In this document: positions 17,877 to 27,082 of the stretch, one piece after another
Position numbering within the stretch: the stretch's first letter is position 1
How the letters are laid out: each line of letters opens with the position of its first letter
IMG/VR virus record: IMGVR_UViG_3300028293_000005
Location: 1-64,000 of that record
Source: a virus
Taxonomy: Duplodnaviria > Caudoviricetes
Reading direction: 5' to 3' (one strand)
Length of the DNA: 64,000 bases
The notes under the pieces: model-generated
Told to the model about the DNA's origin: nothing
Database searches by the model: none
Seen by the model: only the letters and a program-made list of their open reading frames with translations
Translations under genes and position numbers: made by a program

Positions 17877-18609
17877 ACTTCTAATCTGCTTCACCTACTG
17901 GGCCGGCGACCGCGAACAGTCTGGCAAACTCGCCCGCCTCGTCGCGGACCTGGAGCCCCGTATATCGGAGAACGCGGACGTGCTTTTCTCCGCGCGGTTC
18001 GATTGCACCCACGACGTCCCAACCATTGAATATGTTGCAAAGAAATTCCACGTTCACACGAACATTTGCCGGGGACGCCGGGGCATTGGCTGGCCGGCTG
18101 GGTGTAACGACATCGTTTTCGGAACTCTCGACTACGTTTACTCTCACGCCTCGGCCCGTCGCATCTCTCCTTACAAGGCTGTGGCGTTGCTTGAAGCGGA
18201 CAGTTCTCCGCTGCGTCCGGGCTGGATAGAAGAGTTGTCCAACGCGTGGGACGAGGCCAGCCGGCCGGGTCGCCCCCTGCGGGTGTTCGGGCCGCTCCTG
18301 CCCACGGGTGTGAAGGAAGCCGGGCACCAGCACATCAACGGGAACTGTCTGGTCTCTGGCGACATGGGTTTTCTGCATTGGTTCACCCGCAAAATCGGCG
18401 GCTGCAGCCCGCGGGCTGGTTGGGACTGGAGCATGGCGCCGCAGTTTAAGCGCATGGGCTGGGCGGACTGCAAGCAGATGAAGTCTTGGTGGCGCTGCCC
18501 GCAGGTGACGCAGGAACAATACGACCAGCTGTTGTCCGAGGGCGCTGTGTATCTCCACGGCTGCAAGACGGACGACGTCTACAATTTGGTCCGGAAGCGG
18601 TGGCTATGA
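17857..18609 (+). CDS. putative GT-A glycosyltransferase
   Basis: GWPAGCN, LLEAD acidic motif, HINGN, late H; operon context. Confidence 0.55.
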   Translation: MVNPPNKLLICFTYWAGDREQSGKLARLVADLEPRISENADVLFSARFDCTHDVPTIEYVAKKFHVHTNICRGRRGIGWPAGCNDIVFGTLDYVYSHASARRISPYKAVALLEADSSPLRPGWIEELSNAWDEASRPGRPLRVFGPLLPTGVKEAGHQHINGNCLVSGDMGFLHWFTRKIGGCSPRAGWDWSMAPQFKRMGWADCKQMKSWWRCPQVTQEQYDQLLSEGAVYLHGCKTDDVYNLVRKRWL

Positions 18610-19157
18610 GCGACGAGTGCCCGCGCACTATGATTCCGACGGAATGCATCAGCTTCCCGCGGTGCGGGCATCATGCGCTGACTGAAGTGCTGCGCGCCTA
18701 CTTCGGTGAGAATTTTCACTACGGGGAGATTTATCGGGACGGAGCACGCATCGGTCCGGGCTCGAAGACCAACTGGCAAAAGAATCACGACTTCAACCTG
18801 GATACGCCCGTCCTGCCGGACCGGAATTATATCGTGCAGATTCGAAACCCACTCGAAGCGATTGAGTCGTGGGAAAACCTGGACAAGCGCGTGGCCGGAC
18901 GTGTCGTGGACACGTGCGAGAATCGGATTGAGTTTTATTCAAGGTTCGTCACGAAGTGGATTTATGGTCCCGTCCCGTGGCGGCTTGTGGTGTGGTATGA
19001 GGACTTGATGGCGAGACCGTTGCCGACGGTCACGAGTGTAATTCAATTTGTGACGCGGACGCAGAACGTAGACGTCGCAAAACTTCAGGGGGCGCTGACT
19101 GCGTTTCCCCTGACACGGAGGACCCAAACATGCCCGACGAAATACAACAAAGCGTGA
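18606..19157 (+). CDS. sulfotransferase-family protein
   Basis: SFPRCGHHAL (5'-PAPS loop-like), IRNPLEAIES, WYEDL. Confidence 0.7.
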   Translation: MSDECPRTMIPTECISFPRCGHHALTEVLRAYFGENFHYGEIYRDGARIGPGSKTNWQKNHDFNLDTPVLPDRNYIVQIRNPLEAIESWENLDKRVAGRVVDTCENRIEFYSRFVTKWIYGPVPWRLVVWYEDLMARPLPTVTSVIQFVTRTQNVDVAKLQGALTAFPLTRRTQTCPTKYNKA

Positions 19158-19849
19158 AGAAAGTGGTCGTGACCGTTCACGGTTACGCTGGCGACGCCCA
19201 TCAAATTGGCGACCTGCGCCCGATGTATGAGCATCACAAGGTGCCCATCGTCGTGATGACGCCCGAGGACTCCCGTATCGAGACGTTCGGGCCGCACATC
19301 TGCCGCTTCGGCGGCAAGCGGCAATACATTGGCGAGGACAGCCTGAAGCGGCAGGTCCGCCATTGGGAAATGATGCTCGACTTCAACGCGACCCACTTCC
19401 TATCGAATGATTCCGACAGCTTTTGTCTGGCCCCGGAACTTCCCGAGTATCTTTTCAAGCATGACGTGCTGTGGAGCAACGAAGTGTCCGATATGATGCA
19501 CAAGCGGAAGCCGGATTACAAGTGGCCCCGCCTCGCGTTCCAGCCGCCATACTTTTGGTCGCGTGAGATTGTGGAGCGGTTGGTAAAAGCCGCGCCGCTG
19601 GTGCAGATTGACCAGCAGACGCCCTTCATAGATTGGTTCATGATGGCGGTCGCCGTGGCCGGCGGAATTCCGCACAAGACCTTTCCGGACGGGTTCAGCT
19701 GTGGGACGGGATTCCCGCACGGGTTGAAGGTAATGACGGACCAAGTCTGGAACCGGGGGAAAATTTTCGTGCACTCAGTCAAGAACGCGGCGATTCGGCG
19801 GCAGCTCGAATACGCGCGCGAACAGTTCCTCAAGAGGAAAAAGAAATGA
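19130..19849 (+). CDS. putative GT-A glycosyltransferase
   Basis: FLSNDSD (DxD), late FVHSVK; operon context. Confidence 0.55.
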   Translation: MPDEIQQSVKKVVVTVHGYAGDAHQIGDLRPMYEHHKVPIVVMTPEDSRIETFGPHICRFGGKRQYIGEDSLKRQVRHWEMMLDFNATHFLSNDSDSFCLAPELPEYLFKHDVLWSNEVSDMMHKRKPDYKWPRLAFQPPYFWSREIVERLVKAAPLVQIDQQTPFIDWFMMAVAVAGGIPHKTFPDGFSCGTGFPHGLKVMTDQVWNRGKIFVHSVKNAAIRRQLEYAREQFLKRKKK

Positions 19850-20784
19850 ACAAGGAATCCAAAATCTATGTGGCCGGTCACCGGGGGCTCGTGGGCGACG
19901 CCCTGTTTCGCCAGCTCGGGGCGCGCGGCTACCGGAACGTGGTCACAGCCACTCGGTCAGAAGTAGACCTCACGGACCCGACGCAGGTGAAGTGGTTTTT
20001 CTCCGTGCACCGGCCCGAGTATGTTTTCCTGGCGGCTGCCCACGTCGGCGGCATCCTGGCCAACGACCAGAACCGCGTGGACTTTCTCACGAAGAACCTC
20101 GCGATTCAAAACAACGTCATCCTGAACGCGGCCGAATACGGCGTGAAGAAGCTCCTCTTTCTGGGCAGCTCGTGCATATATCCGAAGGACTCCGCGCAGC
20201 CCATCAAACCCGAGGCGCTGTTGACCGGCGCGTTCGAGCCCACGACCGAGGCCTACGGAATTGCGAAGGTGGCCGGCATTCGCCTGTGCCAGTATCTGCG
20301 CGACGAGCGCGGGCTGAACTTCATCTGCGCGCAGCCGTGCAATTTATACGGCGGCGGGGACCGTTTTGACAGCGTCCGCTCGCACGTGGTGCCGGGGCTC
20401 CTGACCAGAATGCACACCGCCAAGAAAATCGGGATGCGGGAGCTGGACGTGTGGGGCGACGGCTCGGCCCAGCGGGAACTTCTCTATGCGGACGACTTGG
20501 CCCGCGCGTGCTTGGTCCTCATGCATGAATACGACGGGCGCGAGGTCGTGAATACCGGCAGCAGCGACGAATGGACTATCAAAGCGATTGCCGAGCAGGT
20601 GGCCGAGACCGTCGGATTCAAGGGCTGGCTGTTTTTCGATTCGTCCAAACCGACGGGCGTCCAGCGAAAAGTCCTCGACAACACCGTAATCCGGTCGCTG
20701 GGCTGGTCGCCGAAGGTGGCGTTCCCCGAGGGCCTGAAGCTGACCTACGCGCAGTATTTGCAGCGGCACGTGAACGGGGCTTGA
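19846..20784 (+). CDS. fcl: GDP-L-fucose synthase
   Basis: IYVAGHRGLVG, FLGSSCIYPK, YGIAK, PCNLYG, HVVPGLL, WGDGSAQRE. Confidence 0.95.
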   Translation: MNKESKIYVAGHRGLVGDALFRQLGARGYRNVVTATRSEVDLTDPTQVKWFFSVHRPEYVFLAAAHVGGILANDQNRVDFLTKNLAIQNNVILNAAEYGVKKLLFLGSSCIYPKDSAQPIKPEALLTGAFEPTTEAYGIAKVAGIRLCQYLRDERGLNFICAQPCNLYGGGDRFDSVRSHVVPGLLTRMHTAKKIGMRELDVWGDGSAQRELLYADDLARACLVLMHEYDGREVVNTGSSDEWTIKAIAEQVAETVGFKGWLFFDSSKPTGVQRKVLDNTVIRSLGWSPKVAFPEGLKLTYAQYLQRHVNGA

Positions 20785-20810
20785 CATTTCCGGATTTTGT
20801 GGCACTGGTA
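20781..20810 (+). promoter_or_regulatory. promoter motif TTGACA-N16-CACTGGTA
   Basis: -35 contains fcl TGA stop; ATG 8 nt downstream. Confidence 0.8.
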
Positions 20811-20818
20811 ATAGTGAC

Positions 20819-21202
20819 ATGAGACGGAAAAATACAGAGAACATGACGGAGGACCAGTGGTGGGACCACCAGATGGACCGCGCCCTCAAACGCAACTGGC
20901 AACGCATTCTTCGCCATTACGGCCGCGAATGGGAGCCCTTCGAACCCGGGGACGACGTGAAGGTATCCGCCGGCCAGGAACATTTTTGGTGCGAGATACT
21001 TACCCGCGACCCGGATACGGGGGAATATCTGGCCGCGGTTTGTAACCATCTGGTTGCGGACCTGATGGGAGCCAAGAAAAAGCACTACATGCAATATGGG
21101 GACTTCTTGTTTTTACGGTCCTGTCAGGTGCGGGACGTAGTGCGAGAAGGGGCCAAAATTCGGGAAGAACGCGAGTCCAAAGACGGAGGGTTCGCGGAAT
21201 GA
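20819..21202 (+). CDS. hypothetical protein
   Basis: ORF after promoter. Confidence 0.7.
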   Translation: MRRKNTENMTEDQWWDHQMDRALKRNWQRILRHYGREWEPFEPGDDVKVSAGQEHFWCEILTRDPDTGEYLAAVCNHLVADLMGAKKKHYMQYGDFLFLRSCQVRDVVREGAKIREERESKDGGFAE

Positions 21203-21651
21203 AGTGCCCCCGTTGTAATTGTGACAAGCCGCCAGAGGACTTCGGCAAGGACCGCAGCCGCCCGAATAGGCATCAGACTTATTGCAAGCCTTGTGCGGTT
21301 GAAGTTCAAGAGGAGTATTTGGCACGCAATCCCGCCCAGGTCGAAGAAAATAAGCGGCGCGTTAAGGCGCGTCGCGATGAATTGGGCCGGAAGTTCAACC
21401 TTCTTAAAGCGGAACGCGGATGTTATGACTGTGGAGGACATTTTCCGCCGGAGGCCTTGGATTGGGACCATCGCCCAGGAACAGTCAAGCTGTTTCATGT
21501 TTCGGACTCTTATGGAACCCGAAGCTTTGAATCCATCGTGGATGAAATAGCAAAATGCGACCTCGTGTGCGCGTGTTGTCATAGGGTTAGAACGAAAAAG
21601 CGAATGGCACTTGACAAATCGATAAATTTCTTCACTTCTTCAGTGACCTAA
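21199..21651 (+). CDS. HNH homing endonuclease (CxxC...DxDH...KCDLVCACCHR family)
   Basis: Paralog of 58416 and 60891. Confidence 0.85.
   Translation: MKCPRCNCDKPPEDFGKDRSRPNRHQTYCKPCAVEVQEEYLARNPAQVEENKRRVKARRDELGRKFNLLKAERGCYDCGGHFPPEALDWDHRPGTVKLFHVSDSYGTRSFESIVDEIAKCDLVCACCHRVRTKKRMALDKSINFFTSSVT
21611..21640 (+). promoter_or_regulatory. promoter motif TTGACA-N16-CACTTCTT (capsid promoter)
   Basis: Inside 3' end of HNH gene, upstream of capsid leader. Confidence 0.7.
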
Positions 21652-21781
21652 GGGCTTCTTGGTCGGAAGCAATCGGCCTAATCTGTCTGCGGCTGGCCGG
21701 CGCGGGCAGGGTAACTTCGCAGCCCCATTGCGAGGAAAAAACCGTAAGCGGTTCTGCCGCTTAAATTAGAAAGGCTCTCAA
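21652..21781 (+). promoter_or_regulatory. structured 5' leader of major capsid gene
   Basis: Four hairpins (21661-21678, 21683-21709, 21717-21733, 21740-21753). Confidence 0.45.
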
Positions 21782-23062
21782 ATGAGTGCTGATTGCAATG
21801 CTCCGGACGTAATTTCCGAAATTGCTCAAAAAGACGTGTCCCGCCTCGTAGGGACGGTCGCCAAGACATTGGCCGCGAACAGCGTGTTCATCAATGTCAT
21901 CGGCGGAGGTGTCTTCCCCTCAGGGGTTTCCGACGAGATTCGTTTCCCCGTTCAAATGCAGGCCGCTCCTGGCGACTCGCTGGCCCTCCCCACTTTTCAG
22001 TGCGACACTGAAGTTTGCGGAACCAACGGAATCCAGGATTTGACCGACGCGATTGATTTTACCGCCCGCTTGGAAACAAAGCGTGGTCGTGGTCCTCGCG
22101 TATGCGTAAAGAAAGGCTACAGCGCCTTTAAGTCTTCGTATCTCTCTGCGGAAGATTCACTTAGGAAGCTTGTCACGCAGTATGTCAACGCGGACATCCG
22201 CGCCCAGCTCTACCTGCGCAGCGCCTCGAAATTCAACGCCGTCGCCGGCTTTGATTTTGATTCTCTGTTCACTGGCGGTGTCGAAACGGACCTCGGCGTC
22301 CAGTTCGCCCCCCTGTTGCCAACGGGTCCGCTGAGCTTCAAGGCTCTGCACTACGTCACCCGGTTCGTCAAGGAAGCGTTGTTCGCCTCCATGTTCGACA
22401 GCGAAGGCAAAGGAATGCCCCACGCTCGTTTCATCGGCAGCTCCGACATCATCGAGAGTTTCCGTAACGAAATCGGCGTGAAAGAAATCCTCATCGGTCT
22501 CACGACCGGCGGCTACAAGCTGGGCGAGCAATCGGTCAGCGCGTATCAGTTCGAGGAAGCTCCGGCCTACCGCGGCATCGCGTTTGGTGTTGACCAGCGC
22601 CCGTTGCGTGCGACCGGATTCGACGGTAACGGCAACCTGATTTTGGTTGACCCCGTCGTGAACGTCCCGAACCTCACCAAGAACACGGCTTACGCCAAGG
22701 TCAATCCCGCGTGGTTGGCTGCGGATTTTGAAGTCGGGTTCCTGATGTTCGACAACACCTTCAATCGGCTCGTGCCCGAGAAGTATGTTGGCGAAGGCAC
22801 CTTCAAGTTTGCCCCTCAGCTTCACATGGGTGAGCTGGAATGGCATTACATCATCGACAACGACTGTAACCAGTTCGGTGACTTCGGTTGGCACAAGTAT
22901 CAGATTACTCGTGCGTATCAGCCGATTCGGCCTCAGCACGTTGTTCCCATCCTGTATCGGCGCTGCCAAGCGGACCTCGGTCTGCCGGACTGCACCGTGA
23001 CGGACAGTTCGAGCTTCTCCGGAAGCGACTCGTTTGCCACCTTGGGAGTCTGCGACTCCTAA
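21782..23062 (+). CDS. major capsid protein
   Basis: 426 aa, highly biased codon usage, downstream of scaffold, own promoter, followed by strong hairpin. Confidence 0.8.
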   Translation: MSADCNAPDVISEIAQKDVSRLVGTVAKTLAANSVFINVIGGGVFPSGVSDEIRFPVQMQAAPGDSLALPTFQCDTEVCGTNGIQDLTDAIDFTARLETKRGRGPRVCVKKGYSAFKSSYLSAEDSLRKLVTQYVNADIRAQLYLRSASKFNAVAGFDFDSLFTGGVETDLGVQFAPLLPTGPLSFKALHYVTRFVKEALFASMFDSEGKGMPHARFIGSSDIIESFRNEIGVKEILIGLTTGGYKLGEQSVSAYQFEEAPAYRGIAFGVDQRPLRATGFDGNGNLILVDPVVNVPNLTKNTAYAKVNPAWLAADFEVGFLMFDNTFNRLVPEKYVGEGTFKFAPQLHMGELEWHYIIDNDCNQFGDFGWHKYQITRAYQPIRPQHVVPILYRRCQADLGLPDCTVTDSSSFSGSDSFATLGVCDS

Positions 23063-23078
23063 GCTGGGTCTGTAGGGT

Positions 23079-23110
23079 CTTGCCGGCGAGACTAACCTCT
23101 CGCCGGCAAG
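23079..23110 (+). terminator. perfect 12-bp hairpin after capsid gene (terminator/processing site)
   Basis: CTTGCCGGCGAG-actaacct-CTCGCCGGCAAG; weak U tract. Confidence 0.6.
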
Positions 23111-23135
23111 TTAAACAATCAACCAACACAAAATT

Positions 23136-23336
23136 ATGACCTACGTTGAAGCTCAAGCTGCGCTGCTCGCACTCGGACACGACCTCAGCCTTACCGGGCT
23201 CGAAGGCCGCTCCGTCTCCGGGCTGTTGCAGGAAATTCTCATTGCCGGCGGGTCCGCTATCACGGACAAGAGCGTCGGCTCCGACTGGGATAATCAGCTC
23301 GTCACTGCCCTCGGCATTGACACGCCCATTACCTGA
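23136..23336 (+). CDS. small putative head protein
   Basis: 66 aa directly after capsid. Confidence 0.65.
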   Translation: MTYVEAQAALLALGHDLSLTGLEGRSVSGLLQEILIAGGSAITDKSVGSDWDNQLVTALGIDTPIT

Positions 23337-23393
23337 CCAATTTGGGTTTGAGGGGTATTATATATAATACCCCTCACTCCCAACCTTTTTCTG

Positions 23394-23594
23394 ATGTTCG
23401 ACAACATCAAAGTTTCCGGAGCCGCCCTGCTCGGGTTTGGTTCCCCTCTCGCAAACCTTTTCATCGACACGAGCATGCCATTTTTGAACGCGCTGGTGTT
23501 GGTCGGACAAATCTCCGTGGCCGCGGTGACCACGTGGTATATTTTCCGCAAGGCTCAAGCACTTCATCGCGACAACAAAAAGGACAAGAAGTAA
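23394..23594 (+). CDS. holin-like membrane protein
   Basis: Two hydrophobic segments and basic C-terminus RDNKKDKK. Confidence 0.5.
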   Translation: MFDNIKVSGAALLGFGSPLANLFIDTSMPFLNALVLVGQISVAAVTTWYIFRKAQALHRDNKKDKK

Positions 23595-23797
23595 TGAACG
23601 CTTACAATGACCCCAAAGATATCGCTGGGGCAATCCTGGAGGCCGCTATCGGCATTACCTATAGCACCTCCGATGATTACGTGAACTTGGCCCGCAAGAC
23701 GGCCATCGCGCTTGGCGTGCCGGCTCACAAGGTGAACTACGCGGAACTCGGGACCATCCTGAACTTGATTAAGGAAGCGTCTCCAATCATCTCGTAA
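23594..23797 (+). CDS. small hypothetical protein
   Basis: MNAYNDPKD start, TAATG overlap. Confidence 0.6.
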   Translation: MNAYNDPKDIAGAILEAAIGITYSTSDDYVNLARKTAIALGVPAHKVNYAELGTILNLIKEASPIIS

Positions 23798-23950
23798 ATG
23801 CTCTGGCCGGACCACAGCCCGAAGTGGGGCGACTCCGAGAACACACTTCTCGCGAAGTGGCTGGAGAGTCTCGGCGGCGAAGCCGAGCCCGGCGACTCGG
23901 ACCACCGGCTCCTATACAAAATCGCGCTGCAGCTGAGCATCATGTTTTAA
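23798..23950 (+). CDS. 50-aa protein made of two GDS-x3-LL-x-K units
   Basis: Hand translation MLWPDHSPKWGDSENTLLAKWLESLGGEAEPGDSDHRLLYKIALQLSIMF. Confidence 0.6.
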   Translation: MLWPDHSPKWGDSENTLLAKWLESLGGEAEPGDSDHRLLYKIALQLSIMF

Positions 23951-23954
23951 TCCT

Positions 23955-24731
23955 ATGGACACGACCCCTCGATACAACGACCCGGACAACACGCTGCTGA
24001 AGAAGATTTGTCTTCTGCTCCAAGGCGGGGTCGCGTCTGGCGTTCTCTCTTTCAACGCGCGCACCGGCGCGGTTTCGCTGACCTCCGGCGACGTGACCGG
24101 CGCTCTGGGCTACACTCCCGCGAACAAGGCCGGCGACACCTTTTCTGGCCCACTTACGGTGCCGGCGCTGACATCCACCGGGGCCGTCACGGTCGGCGTG
24201 GACGGAACCGACAATGGAATCTTAGTTGTGGACCCCGACGCGGCGAGCCCGGTGTTGCTGACCCGTCACGTGGCGGATAACGCTCCGGCGATTCTTCGGA
24301 TACAGAAGAAGGGCACGACTGGGAATGCGAACAACCCGGTGGCCGCGAACGACAACTTGGGCCGCATCGATTTTTATGGCTGGGACGGCACGGGATATTT
24401 TCCCGGTGCGGTGGTTCAGCTCACCGCGAACCAGACTTTTACCGGCTCGGCGCACGGCGGCCGGCTGACCGTCAATGTGGTCGCCAATGGCGCGACGGCT
24501 ACCACGGAAATGGCCCGCTTCACCGCGGGCGCGCTGGACCTGCGGAACGGAGCCGTTCTGCAATCGGCCGGCACCCAGGTCGTGGACTCCCGAAAGACGG
24601 GCTGGACCGCAGCCACGGGCACCGCGGCCCGCACGACTTTTGCTACCAGCACGGTGACGCTGGAAATCCTCGCTCAACACGTCAAGGCATTGATTGACGA
24701 CTTAATCAGTCATGGGCTTATCGGAGCATAA
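23955..24731 (+). CDS. putative head/tail fibre protein
   Basis: VLSFNARTGAV fibre motif; C-terminal TGWTAATG...KALIDDLISHGLI. Confidence 0.7.
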   Translation: MDTTPRYNDPDNTLLKKICLLLQGGVASGVLSFNARTGAVSLTSGDVTGALGYTPANKAGDTFSGPLTVPALTSTGAVTVGVDGTDNGILVVDPDAASPVLLTRHVADNAPAILRIQKKGTTGNANNPVAANDNLGRIDFYGWDGTGYFPGAVVQLTANQTFTGSAHGGRLTVNVVANGATATTEMARFTAGALDLRNGAVLQSAGTQVVDSRKTGWTAATGTAARTTFATSTVTLEILAQHVKALIDDLISHGLIGA

Positions 24732-25258
24732 TGAAACTATTCGTCCTACTCACGACGGTTGCTCTGCTGGCCGGCTGCTCGATTCTTCCGCTGAAGCCCG
24801 GTAACGCGTCCATTACGGACGGTCACAAGGTGATTCAGGTTCATCAGTCGCAGAATCCGAAGGATTCGACGATTCAGGATTACAAGCGCGTGACGGATTC
24901 CACCGGCGTAACGACTGAAGAAGTCCACACGAAAATCGGTGCCGCGCAAAAAGACACCGCGCGCGAAGTCGCCGCGAAGCTGTCTTCTCTCAAAGGAATC
25001 GTCTGGGTGGGCGTGCTGCTTTTCCTATTCGGCGCAGCCAGCGCGGTTTATCCGCCGCTGAAGCTTTTGGTGGGCGGCAGCGTGACGACCAGCGCGGTGA
25101 TTGCTGCGGCCGGTCTTGCGCTCATCGTTTTGCCGACTCTGATTGTCGGACATGAACTGCTCATTCTCGCGAGCGCGGTGGGCTTGGCCGGATGGTGGTT
25201 CTTCGCCCATCGGCACGGAGTTTTGCGCGGGCAGGTGACGGAACTACTCAAGAAATAA
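24731..25258 (+). CDS. lipoprotein with C-terminal TM helices (spanin-like candidate)
   Basis: Lipobox LLAGC; hydrophobic C-terminal helices. Confidence 0.6.
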   Translation: MKLFVLLTTVALLAGCSILPLKPGNASITDGHKVIQVHQSQNPKDSTIQDYKRVTDSTGVTTEEVHTKIGAAQKDTAREVAAKLSSLKGIVWVGVLLFLFGAASAVYPPLKLLVGGSVTTSAVIAAAGLALIVLPTLIVGHELLILASAVGLAGWWFFAHRHGVLRGQVTELLKK

Positions 25259-25261
25259 TTT

Positions 25262-25726
25262 ATGCCTTACGCAGACCCAGTGGTTCGACGCAAAAAGGGA
25301 AACGAATACTCCAGAAAATGGAGGGCGAACAATCCTGAAAAAGTTACGAAAGGGCATCGTGCTTGGAGGAAACGAAATTTGATTAGCCGGGCCGCATCCA
25401 TGCAACTCTACAGGGACAGACATCCGTTGGTGTCGCAAGTTCGGTCGCGAATCGCGAATGTTTTGTCCGGGAGAACAAAAACCGCGTCAACTCTAGAACT
25501 TCTGGCAATGCCTTGGAAGGAGTATCGAATCTATTTGCAGGGCCAGTTTCATTCTGGAATGGCGTGGAATAATTATGGTGTGCTGTGGGAAGTAGACCAC
25601 GTCAGACCTTGCGCAAGTTTTGATTTAAAAGACCCGGCACAGCAGCGGGAATGTTTTCATTGGTCTAATACTCAGCCGATGCTGACCTCGGAAAATCGGA
25701 GCAAGGGGGCACGATATGTCATGTAA
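25262..25726 (+). CDS. HNH-type endonuclease (WEVDHVRPCASFDL family)
   Basis: Paralog of 37284..37793. Confidence 0.8.
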   Translation: MPYADPVVRRKKGNEYSRKWRANNPEKVTKGHRAWRKRNLISRAASMQLYRDRHPLVSQVRSRIANVLSGRTKTASTLELLAMPWKEYRIYLQGQFHSGMAWNNYGVLWEVDHVRPCASFDLKDPAQQRECFHWSNTQPMLTSENRSKGARYVM

Positions 25727-26876
25727 TAATTGCAATGATTGTGATTGCGGCGGGTGCGGCGGCGCGGATTGCAATACTACGTTTCCCTCGAATTGCGGGT
25801 CGCAATTACAAAATCCATGTCGTTCTTGTCCCCCGAACTCTGCGGACTGTGAAACTTTGCCAAGCGCACTTCAAAACTTTGTAGACGCTTTTTTCGGCTC
25901 CGTCACGAAGACGGAGATAAATGGGGAAGTGCGGTGGATTTTACCTTGTAATTTGGATATTGGACTGCCGGGGAACCCCCGAGCGGATGGGGAAGGTTTA
26001 AGTTGCTACTTTTTAAGATTATTTCGCGACGGCATCAATGGGCTCGAAGGCCCGACTGGTGCGCCCGGCGCGGCCGGCGCGGCTGGGCCGACTCCCTGGA
26101 CAATTTTGCTTACGGCGTTCGTGCAGCCCTCCTCCGGCGGCACGGTGAACTTCAATATCGTGGACTCCCCCACGGTGACCGTCGGCCAGACGGTTTTCAT
26201 CCCCGGCTCCGGTTATTACATCGTGACGAGCCGAGTGTCGAACTCGGTCTTCGCGCAACTAATTTCCGCCGTCCCCTCGCCCAACGCGGTGACCGTGCCC
26301 GGCACGATTGTCATCCCGACGGGGCCACAGGGGCTCACGATTACCGGACCAACGGGCGCGCCGGGAACGCCGGGACCAAACGGCCCGCAAGGACCAACGG
26401 GGCCTACTGGCGCAGGCGGCGCCACTGGACCGACGGGGCCGACGGGAGCGGTGACCACGAACCAAAACGGTCAGGTCGTCATCACGGGCGCCACGGATTT
26501 TGCCGTGGACAACACGGACCAGAAAATTACGTTCGGAACGGACGACCCCGAGGTCAACCTTCCGGTCGCCGGGACCTATTGGGTCATCGCGCGGTTCCGG
26601 TGTTTTAACGACGTCGGCAGCGGAAACAACCTGGGCTGGGATTTTTATCTGAACAACCAAACCACGGCGACTCCTGTGCCCGGCGGCGAGCACCCCGACG
26701 TGATTATTTTCAACACCGGCGGCTCGAACCACACGAACTACGTGCACATCTGGGCGCTGGTCACTACGTCCGCGGACAATCAAATCATCGACGTTCATGT
26801 TACGTCGGAGAGCGCAGATTCGCCACAAACGATTTTCCAGGACGGCTCGAACATCGCGTATATCCGATTGCAATGA
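25716..26876 (+). CDS. collagen-like fibre with Cys-rich N-terminus and beta-rich C-terminal domain
   Basis: CxxC-rich start, two G-X-Y tracts, C1q/BclA-like C-terminal architecture (inferred). Confidence 0.75.
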   Translation: MSCNNCNDCDCGGCGGADCNTTFPSNCGSQLQNPCRSCPPNSADCETLPSALQNFVDAFFGSVTKTEINGEVRWILPCNLDIGLPGNPRADGEGLSCYFLRLFRDGINGLEGPTGAPGAAGAAGPTPWTILLTAFVQPSSGGTVNFNIVDSPTVTVGQTVFIPGSGYYIVTSRVSNSVFAQLISAVPSPNAVTVPGTIVIPTGPQGLTITGPTGAPGTPGPNGPQGPTGPTGAGGATGPTGPTGAVTTNQNGQVVITGATDFAVDNTDQKITFGTDDPEVNLPVAGTYWVIARFRCFNDVGSGNNLGWDFYLNNQTTATPVPGGEHPDVIIFNTGGSNHTNYVHIWALVTTSADNQIIDVHVTSESADSPQTIFQDGSNIAYIRLQ

Positions 26877-27082
26877 GCGACTGCACGCATCCAATTCAAC
26901 GCGACCCGGAAAACGATTTGTCTTTCCCGTGCTCCAAGCGCGGCTCGACGAAGATTTTGCCCGGACGCACGCTGCCCGCGCGCATCATCGTCAACCAGAC
27001 TGATGACGTGCTGCAGGACGAAGACGGCTTTCCGATTCTGGACGAGGTCACCGGCGAAACCATTCACGACGATTTACGATAA
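26873..27082 (+). CDS. small hypothetical protein
   Basis: ATGA-coupled; DEDGFPILDE motif. Confidence 0.6.
   Translation: MSDCTHPIQRDPENDLSFPCSKRGSTKILPGRTLPARIIVNQTDDVLQDEDGFPILDEVTGETIHDDLR

Noticed and set aside
17070-20784. DNA hypermodification cluster
   Set aside because: No dCMP/dUMP hydroxymethylase, kinase or TET/JBP gene seen; location in the head module and fucose/sulfate chemistry fit a protein or surface glycan better (not excluded)
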